Source of the DNA: Fonticula alba ATCC 38817
Lineage: Eukaryota; Protista; Nucleariida
Assembly (NCBI GenBank): GCA_000388065.2
Contig: KB932210.1
DNA: 64,000 bases
Direction: 5' to 3' (one strand)
Numbering within the stretch: the first letter of the stretch is position 1; each line of letters starts with the position of its first letter. Position numbers and translations under genes: made by a program. The notes below the pieces were generated by a model. The model searched no databases, was not told the origin of the DNA, and saw only the letters and a program-made list of their open reading frames with translations. This document shows, one piece after another, positions 46,915 through 57,036 of this stretch.

Positions 46915-47125
46915 GAAGCGACGCGGCCCCCGGGCGGGATCGGGCAAAGCGCGAGCAAGCGCGGCGACGTGGATAGCGGCTGCGAGGGATACCCCGCAAC
47001 AGGCACCCATGCAGGAGCATCGGCAAAAGAGGCCGGAGGCCGCGGCCTCCCTCGTCGGGGCTGAGGCACTCCCGCAAGCGTTGGCAGTCATTTGGTATCA
47101 CATGCTGCGTCACGAGCAGGGCGTT
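46915..47125 (+). promoter_or_regulatory. Conserved non-coding element upstream of G
   Basis: TCGGGCAAAGC, CAACAGGCACCCATGCAGGAGCATCGG, hairpin GCCGCGGCCT-9nt-GGGCTGAGGC, CAAGCGTTGG (47075), CACGAGCAGGGC; collinear with 23090-23330. Confidence 0.65.
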
Positions 47126-47514
47126 GCGTGCAGCTCACGCGCGGGCGCCGCCGCCCGAGGCGGGCCGAGACAAAATACGCGAGGGCGAGGGCGGAGAGGG
47201 CGAGGGCATAGCCGGCCCCCTGGGGGCCAGGAGGGCGGAGCCCGCTTGCCCGCCGGCCGCCCTTGCCGAGGACACGGGGCACCATCCGGCCGGGACCCGA
47301 CACCCCTCACACGGGGCTCGCTTCGGGGCGCGCGGGACCGCACGGGGCCCAGACCCGGTCCAGAAGCGGCGGGGCCCTGCGATCCGGCGGGGCATCTGCG
47401 CGCGTCCGTGTCCACGATCGCCGCCGCCGCCGCCCCGTCTGCCACGCGACTGGGCCCGGCCCAGGGTGGCCTCGGCATTGCCACCGGCCGGGCAGGGGCC
47501 GATGCCAGCCGGCT

Positions 47515-47532
47515 GGGGGGGGGGGGGCGGGG

Positions 47533-47571
<39 letters not shown>

Positions 47572-47604
47572 AAGCACGACCAGGGGGACCCCCCCCCCCC
47601 CCCC
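47515..47604. repeat. 54-nt near-pure G tract followed by a C16 tract upstream of G
   Basis: G-run 47515-47568 with two C interruptions; C-run 47589-47604. Confidence 0.9.
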
Positions 47605-47830
47605 GCCCCTCGTCCGGGAGGCCCATTCACCTGGCGGCACGGCGCTTCCGGGCCGTGCGGAGAGGCCGCCCCACAAGCCCGACCCTCAGCCCCCCGCCCC
47701 CTCTCGCCACGCCTTCTTTTTCCCTCGCGCCCCCCCCCCCCTCCCCCCCTCGCCCTCGCCCTCGCCCTCTCCGGAGCCCGTCCTCCCTGGCCCCCCTTCC
47801 ACGGCACTTGCTGTTACGCCGCGGGCCTCT

Positions 47831-50800
47831 ATGACCATGGGCCTGCGCACCGTGGGCGCTTGGCGGCCGCCACGGCCATGGCCGGTGCCGCTGCTGCTGC
47901 TGCTGCCGCTGCTGCTGCCGCTGCTGCTGCTGGCCGCCGGCTGCTGGGGCCCAGCGGCCCGGGCATCGCCCACGTCGGCCCTGGAGGATGGCGCCGGGCC
48001 GGGCCTCGACCTGGCCGGCCTGTCCCGGCACCTGGGGAGTCTCCCCTGGCAGGGCGCCCCGGCGCCGGTCCGGCCGCTCGCCAGCAATCCCCCGCTGCCG
48101 TACAGCCAGACCCCGAGCCCCCTGTTCGAGCATTACAATCCCAACGCGGTGGTGGGCTTCTTCACCAGTGGGCTGGGCTTCCATCGTAGCCAGCTGGCCC
48201 TGCCGGGGCCCGAGGGCCTGGTGATCGTCCACGGGCAGGCGGATTTGCTGTTCAGCCTGAATGGCGACTCCCGCTCCGGGTCGCTGCTGCGCGGTGCCCC
48301 GCTGGCGATGCTGGGGGCCCACCTTTCCCCGGCATTGTCCGGGTCTTGGAAAATGCTGGTGGCCGAAGGCCAGCAGGGGGCCGAGCTGATCGCCCTGTCA
48401 CCCGGCCAGGTGGGCCACTTTCGCAACAACCAGTGGCATCTGGCCAGCTTCTCGACGGCCGTCACATACCTCGCGCACGGGGTTCCCCACCAGGGCGCCG
48501 TCCATCTGCTGATGCACCAGCCGCTGACCCAGGGCCTGGAGCTTCGCTACCTCTCGACCACCAGCACCGTCAAGCACTTTGCGTTTGCCACCCCGGCCGG
48601 GGCCACGCCTCGGGCCATCCTCGACCGGTCGGGCTACTTCCTGGTCTGGCACCAAGCGACGCTGGCCATTTTCCATGTGGATTCCCCCCCCGGCGCCGGG
48701 CCCACCTGGTCGACCACCCTCGCGGAGCCCCTCGGCGACCTGGTGTCCCTGCCGGTGTCGGGGAATTCCAACAACGGCCTGGTGTCCATCTTTGACAGTG
48801 GCGCCATCTATGTGTGTCCGGACTTTGTGAGCGGCGGGTGCAATGACACCTGGCAGGTGGACCTGTCCGGGGCCGGGCTCCCGCCAGGCGCCCGGCTGCG
48901 CGCCCACGGGTCGCCTCACATCAGTCTCGAGCCCACGACCCCGGTAAGGTGGATGCTCCTGCGCGACGAGGTGTCCGGGCGCCTGTTCAGCCTCTCCCTG
49001 GTCAGGGGCGACGCGCTGCCGCTCACCGAGCTGGTCATGCCGGCCGGGGCCCCGGCCTCGGCCTCGCTGCGGCCCTTCCTCACGGCCACCGGGTCGACCT
49101 CAGCCACATGGGGCCTGACCGATGGCTGGGAGCTGCTCCTGCCGAATCACTTCTTCTGCTCCGGCGACCCCACCATCCTGTGTGCCATGCAAAGCCACTC
49201 GTCCCTGCCGAGGGGCTTCTCCTGCGCCGCGTCTCGCGGCCTGTCGCTCTTGAACTTCCCCGGCGCGCTGTGCGGCGGCTGTGCCGACGGCATGGCCATG
49301 GGGGCCGATCCCAGCGCCGCGGCCCGTATGTCCTTTCCTCACCCGCGCGTCGTCGCCCACGCGCGCCCGGTGTCCCCCCCCCCCCCCCCCTCGCCCTGGG
49401 CTTCCTTCCTGCCGGCCACGCGCCGGAGCTAACCCTGCCTTGCGCCCGCGCCCGCGCCCGTCCCCGCCGGCCCCACGCCGAAGCCTGCACAACCTGCCCC
49501 ATGGAGAAGTGCAGCGTGTGCGCCGGCTCCTCCTGCCTCGTGTGCTCGGACACACACTTCTTGCTGGTCGACCCGCAAACCGGCGTCGGCTCGTGCGTGG
49601 CCGCCTGCCCGCCGGGCACCGAGCCACAGCCGGGGGCTTCCCGGTGCATGCGCCCGGAAAATGCCCCCCTGCCGGCTCTGCCGACGGTCGCGCACCAGCT
49701 CAGCCCGCTGGTGCTGGACCCGTCGGACCCGGGCCCGCCGGCCATCCTGTCGATCCTGCCCTCGCGCCTGCATGTGTCCAACGGCGTGTGCCTATTCCAC
49801 CCGACCGGCGTGACCGCCGAGCAGCTGCTCGGCAATGCGGTCCTCTTCCGGTCGGGCGGCGCTGCGCCCCTGTGGCTTCGGCCGGACCCCAGCAGCCCGG
49901 GATCCCTGCTGTCGAGCCAGATGCCCTGCTCGATTGTCCCGGTGTCCGGGGTGGAGCTCACATCGGCGGTGGAGGTGCCCCCGGTCGTGGACGCCCACGG
50001 TACGGCCACGATCCATGTGCTGGCCTGTGACCGAGATGGCACCATCTACCTGTCCTCCTTCACTTGTCCCAACTCGGGTGCGGCGCAGGGCTGTCTCCTG
50101 GTGCTGGCCGCCGTGCCGAAGGTGCTGTCCGGGCTCGGTTGCGTCGAGGTGGCTCTGCTGGGCGACAGCCTGGCCGCCTTGCGCTTGGCCAGCGGCGATG
50201 TCTCGCTGTTCCAATTCGCCCCCTCGGTCGATGACACATTGGAGGCCGTCCTGCCCGGGGTCTCCTGGCTACCGGTGCTCTTTCCCGGGGTCCGGGGCTG
50301 GACCGGGCCCAGCTCGCCCGCCGGGTGGGTGTTCCAGCCGCCAAGCCAGCCACTCGGCCTGCCAACCGGCGTCCTGTACCCGCTGGATCTCCTGATGGGC
50401 AAGGACCCGCGCGCCCAGGCCACCAAGCGCTGGGGGGCCCTGCGCGCGCGGCAATCGCCCCACAGCCCGGGCCTCGCAGATCTGGAGCCGGTCCTGCTGG
50501 CGGGCGTTCGCCCGGCCGGGGCCACCCCGGCCTCCCCTCCGACCGGGGAGTTTTTCCTCTCCGGAATGCACTACGACGCCACTCTGCAGTGGGTTTGGAC
50601 GGTGGCGCACCCGCCCTTCGGGGCTCACTACACCGGCCGCACATCGGCCATCCCGTACAATGTGGAAATCCTCGGGCGGATCTCCGGGCCGAGCCCGCTC
50701 TTCGACGGGCTCCCCTACCGGACCCTGCCCGTGGTGCTGTCCTGGTCGGAGGAGCTCCCCGGGGCGCTGGTTCTCCTGACCCCCAGGGTCCTGGGCGTGG

Positions 50801-53800
50801 CGCTGGTCCAGTGTGATGGGTCTTCCGGGTGGGTGTGCCGGCTGCTGCCGGCCCAGTTTTTCGCCCTGCCCTCGGAAATCCCGGGCAATTTGTCGCACGT
50901 CGCCCTGCTGCCAGTGGCGCATGCTCCGGCCCCGGCCGGGCTGGCCGCCACCGGCCACCAGCCGGCAAGCGCGCGCGGCTCCGCCAGCCACGTCCCCACG
51001 TCCACGGTGCTGCTCATGGCCAAGGGCCTGGACGCGCCTCTGGTGCTGACCCTGAGCGAGCACCGGTGCCCGGTGGGCACCTTCGGCCCGGCATGCGCCG
51101 ACTGCAGCCCCGGGTGCGCCAGCTGCACGGGCCCGGCCCCGGCCGAGTGCCTCGCCTGCCGGCACTGGCTCCCCGGCTGGGAGTCCGAGTGTCTGCCAGC
51201 CTGCGATGGGCTGGCCGTGCCGATCCCCGGCCGAGCGGACTGCGCTTGTAGCGACGTGTGCGCCCGGTGCGAGGTTGTCTCGGTGGCCGGCACCAATGTG
51301 GCCTCCTGCGCCGAGTGTAACCCCGGCTGGGCGCCGCCCCCCCCGGCGGGGTCCCCCTCGGCGGTGCCCTGCCAGCAGTGTGCTCCCTCCTGCGGGGAAT
51401 GCTCGCTGCCGGGCGATGCCGGCCGCTGCACCGCCTGCCTGGAAGATACGTACCTGCACCTGGGCCAGTGCCTGGCCGCCTGCCCGGTGGGCTTTGTCCC
51501 GGACCCGGCCCGGCAGGAGTGTCGCCCCTGCCCGAGCGGCTGCCTGGAGTGCTCTGCCGAGGGGACCTGCTCGCGCTGTGCCCCGTCGCTCTTCTGGGAC
51601 AGCCCCAGCCTGCGGTGCAGCCCGTGCCATGGGTCGTGCGCCGAATGTCGCAGCCATGCCTCCTGCACCGCCTGCCGGCCGGGGCTGGTGTTCCTGGCGA
51701 CCGAGCCGGGCCTGGAGTCCCTGTGCGGGAGTGTCTGCGGCCCGGGCGAGTATGTCGGGGCTGGCCGGTGCGCCGTGTGCGATGCCTCCTGCGCCCTGTG
51801 CGCCGGCAGCGCCGCCGCCTGCCAGGTGTGCGCGGCTGGCTTCCGCTGGACGGCGAGCCCGCCGGCGGCCGGCGGCACCGGGTCCTGCACGGCCTGCGCG
51901 GCCGGGTGCTCCTCCTGCACGGCGGCCCGCTGCCTGGCCTGCGAGGATGGCCTGCTCCTCGATCGCCAGGGCGCATGCGTGTCGGCCTGCCCGGCCGGCA
52001 CATACGCCACCGACGAGTCGTGCCAGCCGTGCGACGTCAGCTGCGCCGCGTGCGCCGGCGGCCGGGCCGACCAGTGCACCGGCTGCGGGGCCGGGCTGGA
52101 GCTCGTCGAGGTGGGCCCGGCCGTGGGCACCTGCGAGTCCAACTGCCTCGAGGGCCAGTACCGGGACACGAGCTCCAACGCGTGCACGGACTGCCACGCC
52201 GCGTGCGCCACCTGCAACGGCCCGTCCGACAAGGACTGCTGGCGGTGCCGGGATGCCGTGCTGCAGGATGCCGACTGCGTGCAGGTGTGCGCGGCCAGGC
52301 ACGTGGCCCTGGCCGGGCGGTGCCTGCCCTGCCATGCGTCGTGCGAGCAGTGCGCCGGGGTCCGGAGCACCGACTGCACCGCCTGCCCGGGGGAGCTGCG
52401 GGCCCTGCCGGCCGGGGCGTCGCCCATGCGCTGCGTGGCCGGCTGCCCGGTGGGCTACCACACCGGCGGGGCCGGGTGCGCCAAGTGCGGCGACCGGTGC
52501 ACCAGCTGCCCCGCGGCGGCCGACACATGCGCCCTGTGCGACCGGGGCTTTCTGCTGGGCGCCGGCGCCTGCGGGACCAGCTGCCCGGCCGGGTCCTCGC
52601 CGCAGGGGGGGCTGTGCACCACCTGCCACAGCACCTGTGCCACCTGCTACGGCCCGGAGCCCGGCCACTGCCTCAGCTGCTCGGCCGACACGCCGCTCCT
52701 GACGGGCGGGGCCTGCTCTGCAACCTGCCCGGATGGGACCTTCCAGGATGGGCAAAGCTGCCTGCCCTGCCATGCCACCTGTGCCGCGTGCTCCGGCCCC
52801 GGGGAAACCGAGTGCACGGTGTGCCCGGCCGACCGTGCTCTGCTGGCTGGCACGTGCCTTTCCGCCTGCCCGGCCGGCTATCACCGGGCCCCGGCCGGCG
52901 GCGGAGCCCCCAGCGACCGATGCCTCGCTTGCGATTCGTCCTGCCGCGAGTGCAGCGGCACCGGCAGCTCCGAGTGCACCTCGTGCCATGGCATCGACCT
53001 GCTTCTCGAGGGCCGGTGTGTGGACGAGTGTCCCGCGGGGACCTTCGGCTGCAGTGCCTCCGGCCGGTGCGACCCCTGCGACGCCCGGTGCGCCGAGTGC
53101 ACGCTGGCCGCCAACCTCGGGGACCGCTGCACCGCCGACTGCCACACCTGCAGGGCGGGCTTCGTCCTGTCGCCCTCGACGCACACCTGCGACGTGGCCT
53201 GCCCGGCGGGCGAGTTCACGCCGGACTCGGTCCTGTGCGCCGCCTGCGACGCCGACTGCCGGTCGTGCCACGGGCAGGCCAATGCCTGCACCTCCTGCGC
53301 GGACGCCTCGCGGTGGCTGCTGCTCGATGGGGCCGCCTGCGTGAGCAGCTGCCCGGGGGAGAAGTTCGCCGCGGCGGAGTTCCCCTCGGCGCCCTTCCCC
53401 GCGCCGGCCCGGGTGTGCCTGTCCTGCGCGCCGGGGTGCCTGCGGTGCGAGGCCGGCCCCGGGCTGGCGGCCTGCTCCCTGGCCGCGGACGGGCTGCTGG
53501 CCTGCCCGGAGGCGGACGTCTGCACGGCGTGCAACTCGCCGCTGCTGCTGCACGGGGGCCGGTGCGTGGGCGAGTGCCCGGAGGGCACGTTCGCCGACCC
53601 GGACGCCCCGACGCCGGCCTGCCTCGCCTGCCACGCGAAGTGCAAGGCGTGCACCGGGCCCGAAAGGGCCGACTGCATCGGCGGCACATCCTCCTCGCGG
53701 GGCCTCGGTACGCATGCTGCCCCTGCTTTTGTTGACACACCCTGCGCACACGCATCGCTGACCGGCGGCGCCTCGCCGGGCCTTGCCCGCATCAAACGCG

Positions 53801-55084
53801 CCTCGCTCGCTCGCCCCGGCTGTCGGACGCCAGCCCTCGGCTTGGGCATCGGCCTGAGTCTGCTGCTGCTGCTGATCCTCCTGCTGGCTGTTCTCTTCTT
53901 GTATTTGCGCTTCCGCCGCCAGCGCCGCGCCCCGGCCAAGGTGCGTTCACATGCCACCGCCTCCTCTATCCCCCCCTCCCCCTCCTCCCTGCTGGCTGAG
54001 CTGTGCCCCGCCCCCCTGACACGCCCCCGCCTGGCCGTGATAGCATCTCGATGACGAGGATGCCACCGTGCTCAACACAATCATCGGTGCGCTGCGCGTT
54101 GCCTTGCCTGCCTCTTGGTGTTGGCCCCCTTCCACCCAGCTGCGCGCGCATACTGACTCGGCGCTCCACACGGGTGCAGAAATTTCCCTCCCCGGCAGCA
54201 TCCTGGTCAGCGTGGCCAATGACTTTGCCGCCCTCAATGAGGATGCCCTGGGCGCCGGGACCCAGGCGTCGGTCTTTGCGGCGCGCGCCGTCGGGGCCGG
54301 CATCTCCGACCGGCTGGGCTGCCCGGGCACCGTGGCCATCAAGCAGCTGAAGACCGCGCGCATGACGCCCACGCAATTTTCCCTCTTCCAGAACGAGGTG
54401 GCCCTGATGTGGCTGCTGCGCGACGCGCCGAACGTCGTCCGGCTGTACGGGTACAGCGAGCAGCCGCCGGCCATCATCATGGAGCGCTACCAGACGGATC
54501 TCGGCACGCTGCTGCACTCGGAGGTGCCGCTCGAGCAAGCGGCCCTGCTGGACATCTGCCAGCAGTGGGCCTCCGGGCTGGAGGCCATGCACGCGCAGGG
54601 CATCGCCCACTGCGACCTGAAGCCGGGCAACGTCTTTGTCAGCCAGCGCCCGGATGGCAGCTGGCGCGCGGCCCTCGGGGACCTGGGCACCTCGCGCAAC
54701 CTCAGCTCCGACCGGTCGTCGGCCCTGGTGGCCCAGCCGCCGGAGCTGAATGCCCTGACCGGGCGCTACGCCGCGCCCGAGGTCCTGGCCGCCTTCCAGC
54801 GGAAGCGCCCGCTTGATCGCGAGCTCTTCCTCCCGGCGGACATCTACAGCGCGGCCGTCATGCTGTGGGAGTGCCTGGCCCGGGCTCTCCCCTGGGAGGG
54901 GGCCTCCTTCGATGAGATCGCCGCGCATGTGCTGGCCGGCGACCGGCCGGACCTGGCGCGCGCCCCCGCCGCCGGGCCCCTTGCCGACCTGCTCCACATG
55001 GCGTGGGACTCCAACGCCCCGGGCCGGCCGCTGGCCGCCTCCTTCCGGCAAAAGTGCGCCATGCAGGCGGCCCTCTGTGTCTGA
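47831..55084 (+). CDS. Receptor kinase paralogue G, complete (exons 47831-49325, 49484-53707, 53834-53940, 54044-54086, 54180-55084; 2257 aa); non-RD kinase (HCDLKPGN)
   Basis: Exon sum of 6774 nt is an exact codon multiple; signal PVPLLLLLPLLLPLLLLAAGCWG (start may be ATG 47837); four GT-AG introns; CAC TGC GAC at 54608-54616. Confidence 0.92.
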
Positions 55085-55589
55085 CGCGCGAGCGAGGCGC
55101 CCCGGTGTGTGGCCCTAGCCGCTCGCACCCGCGCCGCCCAGCCCCACGGGGGCCTGGGCAAATACACCCCCCTCGCCTTTCGCGCCGCCCTTGTTGTGTG
55201 TACGCTGCTCGCGCATGCCGGCCCTCGCGCCCTCCCCCCCGCCCCTCTCCCGCGAGACCGAAGCAGGCGCGGCATTGGCCGCCGGGGACCGGGCGCCAGA
55301 CAGGGGCATCCGCAGCCTGTCCTTGTGTCCGGGCCCCCGCCCTGGTCGGAACCGTCGGCGCGACCAACCCACCCCCATGGGCGCCCGGCACCTCGCCCCG
55401 GCTGCAGGCGCCTGCGGCCCCCTCTCCCATGCCTTGCGGCAGCACTGCCGGCCCCTGGTTACCCATTCCCCGGGCATGGGCCTCATGCTGCCGGCCACCC
55501 AGACATGGCCGGATCTGGCCCGACGATCGGACGGCCGCATTTCACAAGACGCCCAGCGCCCCCCGCCTCGCCGGTCCGCGAGCCGCGCA

Positions 55590-55592
<3 letters not shown>

Positions 55593-55634
<42 letters not shown>
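55593..55634. repeat. (CA)~21 microsatellite
   Basis: Pure CA run. Confidence 0.95.
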
Positions 55635-55636
<2 letters not shown>

Positions 55637-55799
55637 TTGCACCCCCCGGCAGGGGGGCCGGCTGCACGCCCGGGCCCCGGGCGGCGGAGGGAGAACCCCG
55701 CCCGCCCCGGGCGGCCGCATCGCCCCTCATTTCAAGTGAGGCGACATGCCGATGTAAATGACCGCGACATGGCCGCGAAACACAGGCCCCCTGCGGCAA

Positions 55800-56025
55800 C
55801 TTGCCGCGGCGTTTCACTCTGCCAAAAAAAGGCGGCATGCCGGCGTGACAGGCAGCGAAGTGATCCCCCTGGCTGGGCTCGGGCAACGCATGAGTAAGCG
55901 GCAACGTGCGTATATATCCGCGGTACGAGGGAGAAAAGACAATAGGCAGCGAGGCCGGGCTACTCGCCCAAGCGTTGGCAATCGGTGAGTGATGCGCCGC
56001 GCCACGAGAAGGGCATTACACGGCG
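55800..56025 (+). promoter_or_regulatory. Conserved non-coding element upstream of H
   Basis: TCGGGCAACGC, GTATATATCC, CAATAGGCAGCGA, CAAGCGTTGG (55969), CACGAGAAGGGCATT; collinear with the D and G copies but the long hairpin is replaced by a short one. Confidence 0.62.
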
Positions 56026-56925
56026 GCCGGGGATCACATGCACATCATTCCCCGGGCCGCGCGTGATGACACCGTAGGCTGCTCCCGGGGGAGGGCGCGC
56101 CCAGCGGGGCGCTCGTCCGGCGCCGCGGCGCGGCCTGCCGCCGTTCGCGCGTGCCACGGCCCCCACCAATGCGGATGCTTCGCAATTCATGCGGCTTTTC
56201 ACGGGGTCACCCATTCAGGCCCCCCCCCCCCCCCCCCCCCCCCCCCCNNNNNNNNNNTCCCCGGCCCGGAGCGAGAGCGAGCTCGCGACAGGCAGAAAAC
56301 CCGCCGCCCCCGATGATGCAAGTGCCGGCATCCGGTGCCCGGCCTCCCCCCCGTTTTGGCTGGCGGGGTCCCGAGCCAGTCGCCCTCCCCGCCGACGTCC
56401 TACCAGGGTTGCCGCCACGCGTCCGGCTGCGAGTGGCTTCCGTGTGCCGAGTCCTCCTCGCTGCCCCGTGGCCGCCTTCCGCGGTGGGCCCCCCGACGCC
56501 GGCTTGGCCATGTTCATCGACGCCGCCCGCGACCCGAGCCCCCCCCCCCCCCCCGCCCGCCGCTGGAGGCAGCGCGCCAAGCCCCAGGCCATCCGGCTCG
56601 CGAACAGGAGGCCCACAACCAGGCCAGGGGGGATAATGGCGGAAAGGGGCCCCGCGTCGGGCGCCGGGCTGCCGCCGGTTCGAGATCGCGGTCCAAAGAG
56701 GCGCCCCCGCATACGCATGAGGACGGAAACGGCCGCGCCCCAGACAGGAGGTGTACGCGCGTCCGCCCGTTCGGACCAGGGGCCGGGGGCGATCTTTCGG
56801 CCGGCCTGCCAGCGGGAGCGCACCCGGCCAGCCACGCAAGGACATAGCCCCTCCCCGCCCCTCCTCGCTCGCCTTTTCGCCGCCGGCATTTTCCCCCGTC
56901 GCGCCCTCCTCCCTCCGGATCAGCC

Positions 56926-56972
56926 ACACACACACACGCACACGCACACACACACACACACACACGCGCACG
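56926..56972. repeat. Interrupted (CA)n microsatellite 5' of H
   Basis: cacacacacacacgcacacgcacacacacacacacacacgcgcacgca. Confidence 0.85.
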
Positions 56973-57036
56973 CAATCTCCCCTCCCCTCGCCCTCCCTCT
57001 CGCTCTTTTTCCACGCCCCGCTCCCGGTCCGGTGCC

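Larger units (their letters stand above)
2147..56257. other. Assembly gaps: 2147-2356, 8875-8884, 13572-13581, 16829-16838, 19269-20108, 27702-28280, 29986-30473, 39426-39536, 45265-45836, 56248-56257
   Basis: Runs of N. They begin or end either at G/C homopolymers or at blocks shared between paralogues. Confidence 0.99.

Noticed and set aside
49000-49020. RGD tripeptide in domain 1 of G
   Set aside because: It is not conserved in any paralogue and is expected by chance in Arg/Gly-rich proteins.
56670-56695. GGTTCGAGA resembling a tRNA T-loop
   Set aside because: The flanks do not pair as a T-stem and no cloverleaf can be built.
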